64,000 nt of DNA. It comes from Neoechinorhynchus agilis. Its lineage: Eukaryota > Animalia > Acanthocephala. A program made the translations under genes and the position numbers. The DNA lies in assembly GCA_051530055.1 (NCBI GenBank), contig CM121343.1:3256389-3320388 (forward strand), read 5' to 3'. A model generated the notes under the pieces. The model was not told the DNA's origin and searched no databases. It saw only the letters and a list, made by a program, of their open reading frames with translations. Below are positions 1 through 12,899 of the stretch, one piece after another (the first letter of the stretch is position 1; every line of letters begins with the position of its first letter).

Positions 1-475
1 TGAAGTTTCTGGAGATATTTTTTTACCAAAGATGACTTTTTGTAGGACCAAAATAACAAGGAACATTGGGCGATTTGAACCGTAAACAACAAACGCTGAA
101 TGATTTCACAGCGTGCGAGTTAATTATTTGGCGATATAACCAAAGGAAAATGGCAATTTTGAGCAACTCAGGATTCAGTCTTAGATTGTGAACAGTTCCG
201 CCTCAGAGATTGATGAATGAAGTTTCTGGAGATATTTTTTTATCAAAGATGACTTTTTGTAGGACCAAAATAACAAGGAACATTGGGCGATTTGAACCGT
301 AAACAACAAACGCTGAATGATTTCACAGCGTGCGAGTTAGTTATTTGGCGATATAACCAAAGGAAAATGGCAATTTTGAGCAACTCAGGATTCAGTCTTA
401 GATTGTGAACAGTTCCGCCTCAGAGATTGATGAAGTTTCTGGAGATATTTTTTTCATCAAAGATGGCTTTTTGTG
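1..475. repeat. Tandem repeat, ~215-bp unit, 2 full copies plus a partial third (may extend left of the window)
   Basis: tgaagtttctggagatattt recurs at 1, 218 and 431. Confidence 0.95.
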
Positions 476-936
476 AGGTTTTACACTCTGTTTTTAATGA
501 AAACGTTAGATGGTAAGGGATAAAATTATTTAATGTCAATAATTGCAATCAAGAGGTTATCGGTTCGACTCTTGAAAGGTCTTTACTTTTAAAGGCGCAC
601 TGAATCATAACGAACAGGATTTATTTAAGTAATCGAATTTCGAGTTTGTAAATATTCTGGTAATTGAACGAGAATCACTCACATCGAAAAGCAAAAATTA
701 CCTGGTCGATTCTTTGTGCACAAGCCAAAAAACACATAGCAACAAAGCTCGATATCCCATAACCGAATTTTTTCTAATGTGGGAGTTTGTAAATCTCAAA
801 TCCTAATGTTCATTTCTTAAACGCACGGAAGAATGTAACTTTAGGTGATTCAAAGGTAATGAGATTGTTCGTGGATGGGAGTTTGTAGCTTTTAGATCTT
901 CCCTTGATGTGGGAATATTCTTATTCGCATTATTAG

Positions 937-2043
937 ATGTCATCCCCTGGATCGAACAATAAAAGGTTTCACCGTCGGCCGTTCCAGCATCAGCCACATA
1001 AGGAGCAATCGTTCGCTGCGGCGATGCTTGCTTATCGGTCGGGTGGAGCCAATAGAAAGCGGACGATTAGTGTCGGTGGCATTAGTCCCCTTGCCCGTCT
1101 TGCCACGAGACAAGTACAATCGTCGAATAGCGGTTTTGATCTGAGTCATTCGTCGCTGGATGATCGTAGAATAGCCACGAACCAACAAATCACTCAGATT
1201 CGTACTTTAAATGAGGATGCTCTCAAGAACAGGGGAAACATATTTGTCCATAGAAATGATCATAGCCAATTGCTGGAGCGGATTCCTATTTATAAGAGAA
1301 CATTGGTTCACACAAAATTCGAAGACGATGGTCCTTTTGGGAATGACGAGTCTAGAATTGGACTTCTAAGTCAACTAAGTGAAATGGAAAAAACTGAAGT
1401 GACATGTATTTCTTGTTATCGATCATTAACGATCTACGACCGGTATCCATTGATTGACGGAACAATCTTCTTAAGTCCTATACGTCGTTGAAGCTCCCAT
1501 GCTCTGATTTCGTTTTTTGCGAGCTTTTTCGGTTTAAACCATTATTCACCTGAAAAAGGAATTGAACCAACTATTCTTAAACCGATTATCCATTGCTATC
1601 ATCACCACCACCACCAGCAGCAGCAGCAGCAACAGCAGCACTCTCATCAATGTAATCCCCTGTTAGGCAACACTCAAATGACTTCTATTCCGAAGAGTCT
1701 TTATATGAACGCCATTTGCATCGATTGTATGCATTGTTATAGTTTATGCTGCCAATATTGCCAGAATTATTGGGAACCAGCAATGATCATCATTGGAACT
1801 CTGTACCATTATGATATAATTTGCGCTCAACCTTGCTGTAATAACTGGCAATTATGTGATCATTGCAAGCGATGGGCGCTTAAGGAAACCAATGATCAAG
1901 ACGATCCAATCCCACTTCCATTCAGCCATGTCGACAATGAATTCAGCTGTGTGCATTGTGGCACTAGAAGCCGACATTGTCTTAAACCATTCCATAGTAT
2001 GCTTAGAATAACCAATAACGAAAAACACTCTTTAGCCGAGTAA
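937..2043 (+). CDS. HECA: Headcase family protein, conserved C-terminal Cys-rich domain; two exons 937-1483 and 1667-2043 (an upstream exon is possible)
   Basis: EDDGPFGNDESR...CISC...YDRYPLIDGTIFLSP and NAICIDC...GTLYHYDIICAQPCC...CVHCG...HCLKPF match HECA/headcase motifs; a GT..AG intron at 1484-1666 joins the two ORFs in frame. Confidence 0.85.
1603..1638 (+). repeat. (CAC)n(CAG)n microsatellite inside the predicted HECA intron
   Basis: caccaccaccaccagcagcagcagcagcaacagcag read directly. Confidence 0.9.
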
Positions 2044-2318
2044 TAAACTTTCTACTTGTCCTAGAGTTCTACTCTCTAAGAGAATATTCACCTTTTTTAA
2101 CGTCTTTTGCGAAGCTCAACCTGCTGCCTTTTCATCGTAAGGCAAGGTCGTATTTTATTCAAAAAATAAGCGTGATCATACAATGAGGGAACACTGCCAG
2201 CGTCAGAGCAACGGTTCCTCAATCCGGAGTTAAGCGTGATTAAACGGTTCTGTAATTCAAGATTCTGCTCTTATTGAAATTTCATAGCTTGAAAAAAGTG
2301 TAAGATGACTATCTTTTT

Positions 2319-2985
2319 AGCGCTTCCCTGACCAATCAATCGGCGGTGGACGGTGTGTCCATAATTCAGCAGTTTTTGCGCCTATTGATAAAAAAAGGCA
2401 ACTGGTTGAGCCACGCATAAAGATTTTAAAATCGAAAAGCTTTTATACTAGGCTACGTTGCGAAGTTTGTGCATTCCGCAGTTGTGTCGAGGTGGTCAAA
2501 TGGATTAATGCTCCCGGTCCAAGTTGGTTGGGTCAACGGATTCGAATCCACGATCCCGGGACGGAATGCCTCGATGAAGGGAGGAAACGGAGTATCCGGA
2601 AGGATGACTGTACAGTCGTTGGCATTGAGAGCAGATCAGCGCCTCCCAGATCAATGAATCGGCGATGGACGGTGTGTCCATAATTCAGCATTTTTTGCAC
2701 CTATTGATAAAAAAAGGCAACTGGTTGAGCCACGCATAAAGATTTTAAAATCGAAAAGCTTTTATACTAGGCTACGTTGCGAAGTTTGTGCATTCCGCAG
2801 TTGTGTCGAGGTGGTCAAATGGATTAATGCTCCCGGTCCAAGTTGGTTGGGTCAACGGATTCGAATCCACGATCCCGGGACGGAATGCCTCGATGAAGGG
2901 GATAACTGTACAGTCGTCGGCATTGAGAGCAGATCAGCGCTTCCCTGACCAATCAATCCGCGGTGGACGGTGTGTCCATAATTTA
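2319..2985 (+). mobile_element. tRNA-headed SINE, about 2 tandem copies (units ~319 and ~298 bp)
   Basis: A-box tggtcaaatgg (2493-2503) and B-box ggattcgaatcc (2538-2549); unit restarts near 2319, 2638 and 2936; related copies at 22 kb and 60.6 kb. Confidence 0.75.
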
Positions 2986-3072
2986 GTAATGTATGGTAAA
3001 AATTATCATTTTACACTCACCTTTTCTTTTTAATTTTTATCGATATGTGAGGTACCGGGTAACGTGATTGTG

Positions 3073-3274
3073 ATTATTGTTTTGAAGTCTACACCCGCGG
3101 TAAACCATTATTTATTAAAGACGTTCTGCGAACCTCGTCGGGTCCGTCATCAGTTTGTTTGTTAGTAATAGACTCTATCGATACTAACTAACAAACTGAT
3201 GATGAACCCGACGAGGTTCGAAACGTCTTTAATAAATAATGGTTTACCGAGGGCGTAGACTTCTAAACAATAAT
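3073..3274. mobile_element. Palindromic double-hammerhead mini-element, family A
   Basis: ~90-bp inverted arms; + strand core CUGAUGA-U-GAACC/GGUUC-GAAACGUC at 3196-3227; variant copy on - strand at 3120-3153. Confidence 0.85.
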
Positions 3275-4450
3275 TTTTAACTTTTATTATTTTTCATACA
3301 ATTAGCTCAATTTGTCGCAGCTTCTTAACGTTACGATTAAGAGTCGAAAATATATCTCTATTCACCTTAATGTAATATTTGCTTGATTTGTAAATCTGTT
3401 CATTTCCTTTGAATACATTTAATCCTTTGTGATCTCTTAATATACCAGCTCATGTGATCTCGTGGATTCATTTGATAATTTCACGATTTGTATTCCTTCT
3501 TCGATGTAGCGCATGCCTTCTCTTATATATTTGCCGACATGGCTGTTCTCTTGAGTTCCACTTTTCGTTGACTAGAAACCCACTTTAGCCTCTAACGATA
3601 AAAAATAACCTCTTATTTCTCATGATGATCAATGTCCGGATTTCCAATTTCGTAAATATGCGAAGTAGCAATCTTTCATCAAATTTGTTATTTCCCTTTG
3701 CGGAAACTCATTTTTAAGTTATGCTGTACGCAGCAGGTCTGCAATAGGCTGCTCTTCTATATTAATCTGTTGTTTTTAAATGTTCACTGAATTCAATATT
3801 GAATGATATTTCACTTTTGTCAACCGTTGGTCGCACTAATCAAAATGTTCTTATTTTTATTAAAACGTTTTTTTGCGATTCTGTACGCCAGTCTTTCCAC
3901 CTAAATGAATGCTCCAAATCCGATAAACAAGTTGACCGATTTTTAACCTAAGAATTCGAAGTGTTATATTTTATTAGTACGCAGCTTTAGCCATCAGTCG
4001 ATTTTTGGGATCAATAGCGGAACCCTCAAAGTTGCGTTTTCTATTTTTCAAAAATGAAACTTATAGTATTTCAGTGTCATCCTAATTCAAGCCTTATCAA
4101 TCCAGTGATTACTCTGTAGTTGTTGCTTACTCAAAATCGCCGTCTTTTTTTGCTGACCGCAATGATATGCAATCGTTAATTTAACTGAACCCAAATTTGA
4201 AGAATTGATTCCTACAGTTAGAAAATCATCAATTTTTCTCCACTTTAAAGCGTCCTAAGCGGTTAAATCCGTGCCACCTTGGTCGACTTCGCATCTCTAC
4301 CCCTTAAAATGGTCGTTGAAGTATCTGTAATTTTTTATCCTACCAACTATGTGCATTCCCTTCTCGTAGTTTTAAGGCTTTATTGATTGAAATTTAACGA
4401 AAATATGCTCGATTTAGGCACATTGTTGAATTTGGTCGTCACCAGATCAA

Positions 4451-4677
4451 AATTGGGTACTTGGGTATTTTATCGATCACACCTAAACTATATTGTGTAA
4501 TTTATAAGAAAATTAGGTGTGGTCGATATAATATCGAATTAGTTTATGTTATTATTATAATTTTGTTGCTAAATAATAATATTTTCATTATGGTAAGAAA
4601 ACGTCTTTAATGAATAATCATTTATCGGGTGTAGAAAATTCGGTGTGATAGATATAATACATAAGTACCCAAAATTG
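4451..4677. repeat. Inverted-repeat element containing a family-A remnant
   Basis: aattgggtactt..atcacacc and ggtgtgata..aagtacccaaaatt arms; internal aaaacgtctttaatgaataatcattt. Confidence 0.55.
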
Positions 4678-4692
4678 TTTTCACCACGATTG

Positions 4693-4887
4693 GAATTATT
4701 GTTTAGAAGTCTACACTCGCGGTAAATGAGTATTTATTAAAGACGTTCCGCGAACCTAACCGTGGGTTCATCATCAGTTTGTTTGTTAGTAGTCGACGCC
4801 AGTAAACTGATGATGAACCCGACGAGGTTCGATACGTCTTTAATAAATAATCATTTACCGCGGATGTAGACTTCTAAACAATAATTC
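4693..4887. mobile_element. Palindromic double-hammerhead mini-element, family A, second copy
   Basis: Same arms and cores as 3073-3274; the + strand core has GAUAC instead of GAAAC. Confidence 0.85.
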
Positions 4888-5049
4888 TATTCACCGACTC
4901 ATCCGACAACATTTCACTTTTAGGCTGGAAGGTGCACACTGTTTTATTTAAAAAGAATCAATGTAAATACCGTGATTGTGTTAAGTATTTTATCTCGGTC
5001 TTAACGTTTTAAAAGCAATGAATCGCTTTTATTTAGTTGAAATATATTT

Positions 5050-5200
5050 CAAAGTGTTTGAAGATTGAATTGTTTGTGTTTTTCTATGTAGCATCCGATA
5101 TTTCGGCACAATCGTTTGCCTTTATCAAGGTAAAGGTACACGATTGTGCCGAAATATCGGATCCAATAAATTAATTACTTTATTTTTTTCGCCATATTAA
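5050..5200 (-). mobile_element. Hairpin mini-element with U3-A8 hammerhead, family B
   Basis: - strand 5128-5097 reads UUGAUAA-A-GGCA/UGCC-GAAAUAUC followed by GG; the 3' half is duplicated in inverted orientation. Confidence 0.7.
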
Positions 5201-5493
5201 AACATATATCAAAGTGTTTGTTTATAACATCTTAATTTTGTTGCTAATTGTTTTGTCATTTCATCCATGTCTCTGGTTTTAATAAACGATTGGGTATATC
5301 TTCGCTAAGATCCATCCTACTTAAAGGTGGGTCTGATGACAGTTAGGATCGCCTGGTCGGTCGAAGAGCGAATACTCACTGATAATTTGTAGCATTTGTT
5401 AGTTCTGAAGTAAATTTATGCATCCCTAAAAAGTAAGAAAAAAACGGAATTTAAGAGTCCCTTGTCATATTTCAAGGTTACAACCTTTATCAA

Positions 5494-6670
5494 TAATTTA
5501 TTGAACTCGATATTTCGGCACAATATTTTGCCTTTAATAAAATTGTTTGTAAGTTTTTTGCGACGTAAGTTCCCCACGTTTGTGAAGAAATATCGGATTC
5601 AATAAATAAATTACTTCGTTTTTTCCCTCCATATAAAAAAATGAACAATTCAATCTTCAAACAGCTCAGAGCATTGTTTTTATATAACGGAAAAATAAAG
5701 TAATTTAGTGAACTCAATATTTCGGCACAATATTTTGCCTTTATTAAAATTGTTTGTAAGTTTTTTGCGACGTAAGTTCCCCACGTTTGTGAAGAAATAT
5801 CGGATTCAATAAATAAATTACTTCGTTTTTTCCTCCATATAAAAAAATGAACAATTCAATCTTCAAACAGCTCAGAGCATTGTTTTTATATAACGGAAAA
5901 ATGAAGTAATTTAGTGAACTCAATATTTCGGCACAATATTTTGCCTTTATTAAAATTGTTTGTAAGTTTTTTGCGACGTAAGTTCCCCACGTTTGTGAAG
6001 AAATACACAAAAAAAAACCTCGATTCAATAAATAAATTACTTCGTTTTTTCCCTCCATATAAAAAAATGAACAATTCAATCTTCAAACAGCTCAGAGCAT
6101 TGTTTTTATATAACGGAAAAATGAAGTAATTTAGTGAACTCAATATTTCGGCACAATATTTTGCCTTTATTAAAATTGTTTGTAAGTTTTTTGCGACGTA
6201 AGTTCCCCACGTTTGTGAAGAAATATCGGATTCAATAAATAAATTACTTCGTTTTTTTCCTCCATATAAAAAAATGAACAATTCAATCTTCAAACAGCTC
6301 AGAGCATTGTTTTTATATAACGGAAAAATGAAGTAATTTAGTGAACTCGATATTTCGGCACAATATTTTGCCTTTATTAAAATTGTTTGTAAGTTTTTTG
6401 CGACGTAAGTTCCCCACGTTTGTGAAGAAATATCGGATTCAATAAATAAATTACTTCGTTTTTTCCCTCCATATAAAAAATGAACAATTCAATCTTCAAA
6501 CAGCTCAGAGCATTGTTTTTATATAACGGAAAAAATAAAGTAATTTATTGAACTCAATATTTCGGCACAATATTTGGCCTGTGAAGAAATATCGGATTCA
6601 ATAAAAAAAATTACTTGGTTTTTTCCTCCATATAAAAACATGAACAATTCAATCCTCAAACAGCTCGGAA
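5494..6670. repeat. Tandem array of degenerate family-B element, ~207-bp unit, 5 full copies plus a partial
   Basis: atatttcggcacaat recurs in units starting at about 5506, 5713, 5919, 6139, 6346 and 6553. Confidence 0.95.
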
Positions 6671-6989
6671 CATTGGTTTGATCCATCCTTCAGTAAAAAA
6701 TTCTCCTTTTGTTGTTTTACAAATACTATAATGATATGTATTTTCTTATACTAAGCCACCAAAATTTAAATAGAACCTACATTAAAAAATATTACGGGTT
6801 TACTTTTTGAATTTTGGATACTATCAATATTCGCGATAAATAATAAAACACGTTTTATTGATTTAGAAAAACGATCCATACATTTGGCAGCATTTATGTT
6901 TGCTGAAGTTGTCTGGATGTCGGATGTTGAGGCAGGGCGGTGGGACTTGTCTTTGAAGGAGTTATACAGGAGAATGACAGATTAGGAGT

Positions 6990-7180
6990 CTTTCCTTGTT
7001 CTCCGGTTATTAAGGAAAGATTGGGCTTGAGGGAAGAAAGATTTTTGGTGGAGGGTGGTACGAGCGACGGGGGATGAAGAAGGTTGTGGTTCCGGGTGTT
7101 TACTAAAGTATATTCTCCTCTTTTCAAAGGTTTTTGTTTTTGAATGTATTTTGATGGGACAAAAGACTTATTAAGCTTCC
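6990..7180 (-). mobile_element. 3' end fragment of a non-LTR retrotransposon (Rex1/L2-like tail)
   Basis: - strand frame reads ARTTLHQKSFFPQAQSFLN, resembling the ARTxRxxNSFFPxAIRxLN end of such RT ORFs (recalled motif). Confidence 0.4.
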
Positions 7181-7977
7181 ATATCAATTTCATTTTTGCT
7201 CATTTGTTCAATTTATAATCAAATTGAACCTCTTGTGTTTCGACTCACAATGTAAGCACAACAAGACGCGCGACTCTTAATTCAGTTTAGTGCATTTCAT
7301 TTTTTGTCTACATGGGAAATATTTCAACGGAGTTGTGCTGAGGAACTACCAAGGATTTAAATTGGTTACTAATTGTGCTCCTGATTGAATTAGAGCAGAT
7401 TACTCATACTATTTGACTGGTGCGCAATTTTAGACCTTCTCCTATAAAATTGTTGATGGATATGTCTATTCGCATACATAATCTTGATAGTTTACTAGAT
7501 GGAGGTGCCTACTCAGGTGCAAGTCTGCTTCTCTCTAAGTTTTGTCTCCATAGTCGAGCACGATAAACGACATTTATAGCACGATTATGATATCAATGCA
7601 TTAATTTAGGGATTTTAAATAACATTTCAGGCATATATGTGTTTGGGGGGGGGTTGTGTGGATAATTTGTATATCACCTTGTCGTCATTCCTGACTAAAA
7701 AGTGCTATTTGAATTGGAATAAATGACGCGTGGAAGCCAGCGAAAAGCGCATAGAGCAGCGAAGGCAAACTTGCACCGATCCACCACTACTCGCACCCCG
7801 CTCTCTGCTCCTCCCCCGCTACCGCCGCCGTTGATTACTGTGAAGACGTAGTCACACAAGTGAGTTCTACACAAAAATTGCAAGATACCGGAGCACTTAT
7901 TGTTTAATTTAATCAAGCCACGACGATCAAAGGTCACCACTTAATAGCCGTGCTGGATTCTTCACGGGAATCTGGGG

Positions 7978-10900
7978 ATGAAAAAGGTGGCAGCGGACGT
8001 AAACTATCCGAAGATATGTCCGATCTGCCATGTCACAAAATTTGTAAGCAGTACAGCCATAAACCGTTGCTCGTTTTGCGGTCAAGCATTCTGCTCGAGA
8101 TGTGGATTACGAACAACACGACCGTTAGCTCAATCAGACGACACAATTGCTGTAGCCTCCTTCACAACGTGGTGGTGGTGGTGTTCAAGATGTAAAAACA
8201 CGAAACTCAGCTCACGGAGGTCTACTACAAGCCTCCGTCCAGAAGAGAAACATCACGATGTGACTAATCACCAACGTGGCCCGGCTAAAGGACGACGAAG
8301 TCTAAGTGAACAGAAGGAAGCGACCACAAGACAGTCGTTCGCTTCACGATCGCTGGATTACGAGGACTGCCATGATACGACCAATCAGCAGGATACTTGT
8401 GGTGATGGCTGGATTTTCGATGAAACCCAGACATACGCAACTATTCGCTTGTACATAAAAAGCACTGTATGGACATCGCGGCAATACAATACCATTACAA
8501 TTCATCCATCCGGTAAATTTGCCATGTCATTTTGATGAAAAATGGATGCTAAAAGCACTTCAACCGAATCTAATCATCTCGCTTTCATGCTTTTGCTGTA
8601 ATACTTAGATCAAGCAATTCTTAGCCCCTTAGGCAACTAAGTAGATGACTTCTTTTTGATATACACGGACCGAAATATGCACTCACACTTATCATTGGTT
8701 TCCGTCTAAGATGACATTAAGGAGCTACATTAAATATTCTTATAAATACAAAGTGATTGTGAAAACATTGAAACAATCACTTTATCGATATTGATTAAAA
8801 AATCAATCACTTTACGGCGCCAAAAATGCTTTATTTTTTAGAATTTTTGTAGACGGTTAGAATTCGTGCTTTGGCTAGCATGAGATGTTCTTATACGTTC
8901 TGAAAATTCGTCGTAAAGTCTGCAAGAGTTTTGAATCCTTATTAAGTATTTTCGACGTAATTTAAGGAGTAACTGCTCACTTGGAAATAGTCAATAACTC
9001 AGAATACTCCGAACCGATTACGAGCCTGGTAATTGAGAATGTGGCGGCAAACGCTCCTTCTCCACTTAACGTGATGAAAAGGGGTATATTTCTGCAAATT
9101 CAAAGAAGAGCGCTAAAATCTTCTTATTCTAGGGGATCGAATACTCGAATGGAACCGCAATGTGATTTCACAGCTGCGCTGTGATATCGATAACGATCCG
9201 TATTCATCGATCGACAAAGTGATTGCAGGAAAACTTGAGGATATTGTTGTATTGAGGATTCAAAGGTAGATATTGTATATTGATCTTCAAAAGAGTAAAT
9301 GCACCGATAACCAGTGCACGGTCAAACTTGGACGGTGGTAGTAGCATTAGTGTTAGGACTGGAAGCGCGTCGGCTAATACCGAAAATCCGGTTACCCCGT
9401 CATTTCAATTTTCATTCGACAATTCTGGTAAATTTGCTCAGACATGAACAATTATTCGCAATATTTATTTTTAGACACTTCATCATTTACCGGAGAAACG
9501 AAAATAGTTCATTCAAGGTTGCTTCCACAACGTTTGCAGCCAAAAGTTCAAGTACGTAAACGATCTAATTTAACTAGTAAACAGATTCAATTTATTTAAG
9601 CTCAGCTTGCTGCACGATCAATCATCTCTTACCCTTCTGGTGGGTATTTTCGGATTTAAGGATGGTATTATGGAAATGGATCGTATTGAAGGTGATTTTA
9701 TCAAGAATACAACTAGGCAATGTTATTTGATATGCAGAGCAGCGTTAACTCCCGATCCAACGTAAGTCTTATATCAGTGATCATTCATAGCCGACCGAAT
9801 CACTTATACCGTTTTATGCAAGTGGGCAATTTCTCCGACTCCACACAAGACCAGTATTGGCTACTATGAACATCATTAGCGGAACTGAACAAGATGGAAC
9901 CGCCATTAGCTATTCCAACATTAATTGGAATGAAAGTCTCTCCTTTCATCCGCTAAGCATTGCTGATCTATTGGACTTCTCCTTGTTGGTTTCGGTGTTT
10001 AGCTATAGCTCTGATTTACATGTCCGATACCAACTGGTAGGGCAGGTTTGTTTCTCAAATCCTACGATTCGATTCACCGTTTTTTCTGTAGACATCAGTG
10101 GAACTAACACACTTTACGACATTCAGCTCTTTTACCGAAGCTCAATGTGTAGATTCTGCAAAATGGTTCCCACTTTCAAACAGTGAATCCCTTGTGACTC
10201 CAACGGTGAGTAAAATAGATAATCACAATGCTCGTTTTCAACCGTTTCCTGTTAAAAAGATAAGCACTCTCAGCAGTATTGATGACGTGACCAATGGAGG
10301 TTTTGTGGGGATACTGAGTGACGCTGAGCCAGTTTCATTAGCACTGTAAGTTAAAGAATTCTCGTATTATTTGTATTATCTTACTCTAAGGCATTATTTA
10401 ACTTTCTAGGAAACGCAACGATGAAGCAAGTGGAAATTACGCTCAACGTAGACAATTACCACCTATACCGATCAAGGCCTTGAATCCACAGGAAAAATTC
10501 GACAATAACGAGGAAGAGTTAAAGGTCGATAATTCAAGCGATCGATCTGAAAAGGTACCGCCGGAGAAGCCCATTGAATCAAGCGGTGATCTTTGGAAGC
10601 AATATCGGCGCGCTTTATTTTGTGAAGGAATCCGAAAGGCAGACTTTGAACGGAAACGAAGGAACGACAGTATATATATGACTAATAACTTTGCCGGTGC
10701 GTTTCAGTGGTAAAATCCGATTTTTACTTCTAAATTCGTGAGTTCGATTTAAACTAATATGTTGCAATTGGTCGCAGAAAAACCTTTGTCTTTGAGACTC
10801 AACTTAGGCTCCTGCATTTTTAACCATTTAATAAAGAGTTGAATCGGATTTGCCTAGAAGTCACGTGTAAAAAAGTTTACTTATACTACTTTATTCGATT

Positions 10901-12558
10901 ACTCGAATTGTGGCAAACGCGGATAAAAATCTATCGCGAATATTTGATCTTTTTTTCGCTTTGCAATTCACTGAAAAATTGCGTTAAATAAGAATCTGTC
11001 ACATTTCTATGTTTCGAAGCTACATCAGCGTACTTGATTATTGCAACGCGATTTGGATATAGTTTTGTTTAAAAATTGAGCCTTACAACATACCGAAAGT
11101 AGCTGTTTTTTCTCTGTGTTCAAAATCCACCCAAAATCGATTATATAAAATATAAACTCGTATACATCTTCATATTTATTTTTAGGTTTTTGTGGCGATG
11201 ACACTCGGATTCATACAAATAAAACAGACAAGGATTCTGTGCAAACTGGTAATTCACTAAATACGAATATCGAAGGTACAGAAGCGAACGTTATCAACAG
11301 TATTGGAACTGAAAATGAATCCGATGTAAAGTAAGTTGTTGTGCCATATATTCTTTGAATATATGATAAATTCTTATTGATAGCCTGCAACACCACAAGT
11401 TCAAAATAACTTCACTGCCTTCTCTGAATACATGGAAATCTGGATACTCTTCTGTCGATCCCGAAACAATGACGACGACGATGGATAGTGATCTCGCAAG
11501 TGCTCCGATCGCCAGACATAAGCACTCGACATCGGAGACGGTAGTTAGCGGTACCGGAGATGGGAAAAGGAAACAAAGTGTCGCCAAGGCGCTGGTAATC
11601 CTGGGATTAACAAGAAGAACGGATGCTGCGCGCCGAGCTCAAAGAAGATCAGGGTTTTTACGGAGTGAAGAAATCGGTGTACACGACCTTTTAAAGAGCA
11701 GATACGCCTCTTCAACCGACGCATCACCGTCAAATCCAGCGAATTTGTCAACTGAAACACCGGATCGTATGCGAATGCCACGGCCACAAAGTTCATTTTG
11801 GTCAGGTGGACTTAAGCTTCCTCACGAGCGAGCGTTCGCCGCTTTCGTCGAAGGACTTGGAATGGGTCAATTGGTAGGACGGCAAGTGTTAGGTTCTGCG
11901 TGTTTAGGCGAGATATTATTGCATCTGAGAATTTATGAAGGATTTCTTCAAGTAAAGGTGGAGAAATGCAAAAATCTTACGTACGGCTCAGATTTAAGTT
12001 GCTCCAAGTCACTTTTACCGGGTACCTTCATCTCTTTTACTTGACTTTAACGCTTTCACTGAAAAACATAATAGCATGTTACGTTAAACTGATTATATAT
12101 AAGGATTTATCAGGAATGAATGCAGGTGACTCGATAATAAATCACGAAAAGGATTCTCCATTTGGGACAAGAACCTCGAAATCAATCGAGAAAGTGAGGA
12201 CTACATTGAGCCAACGAAGTCTCAATCCCGTATTTGATGAGATCCTCACCTTTGGTGATACATATAGAAGGCACATCCTTCAGGTCCGTAAAATAATTAA
12301 TAAATGCACTCACATATCAATTGTATACCGTTTTGATAGGTACTCGTGATCGGGGAAAGGGGTAAGTTGGACAGAAAGCTGTTTATGGGTACGGTACAAA
12401 TCGACATGAGCCAATTACAATTGTGGGCTGGAGCACCATGGATGAGTGATTGGTACAAGCTGTTTAGTTCATCGTCCGTACTCGCATATCCATGCACACC
12501 GACTGGCTGTTCGGATTCCCAGCAACAGCCCATCGTCAAGTCCAACAAGGCACTGTGA
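7978..12558 (+). CDS. RIMS: RIM (Rab3-interacting molecule): zinc finger, C2A-like and C2B domains; multi-exon
   Basis: CPICHVTKF..CSFCGQAFCSRCG..WWCSRC zinc finger; RRQLPPIP; FVEGLGMGQLVGRQVLG..PACYVKL..FMGTVQI..DWYKLFSSSS match the RIM C2B region; the junctions I traced are GT..AG. Confidence 0.9.
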
Positions 12559-12899
12559 TTGATTATCGCCTTTTGAGTTATTTTCCCTATTGTACATCAA
12601 ATTTAAATTGAATTCCGACTGTATATATTTCGTTTATACGCCGCTTTTAATGAGCGGATAAAGCGATCAGCGCGGAGAAATACACTTTTGACTATTATAT
12701 AAAACACCTTTTGTATGCTCGTAGCCGAAAATACGCCGTGAATAGCGGTGATTATGGAATTACGGAACAACCTTCTTTATCACTCATCTGCGCAAAAAAG
12801 GCTAAAATCTTCAATGCGATTTTCTTTACGTGCCCCACTACCTCAAAGAAAAGCTATTCCTTTTGTAAACGGAATGCGGCCACCATATTGGATGTCTAT

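Noticed and set aside
220-470. Reverse strand of the first tandem repeat reads UUGAU(A/G)A..AAAUAUC, like a hammerhead lacking stem II
   Set aside because: There is no stem II and no G12; it can be explained by AT-rich homopolymer sequence
1484-1677. Single in-frame TGA (1489-1491) between two same-frame headcase ORFs, suggestive because Drosophila headcase uses stop-codon readthrough
   Set aside because: A GT..AG intron at 1484-1666 (acceptor cccctgttag) removes the stop and the CAC/CAG tract and gives better spacing to the conserved AxCxDC motif. RNA-seq would settle it.
2480-2555. tRNA genes at the SINE heads (also 22.2 kb and 60.65 kb)
   Set aside because: A and B boxes are present but there is no consistent cloverleaf or anticodon, and each is followed by a shared non-tRNA body
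5490-6293. ORFs in the provided track over the 5.5-kb and 46.9-47.3-kb arrays
   Set aside because: These are repeat-derived open frames with no protein features
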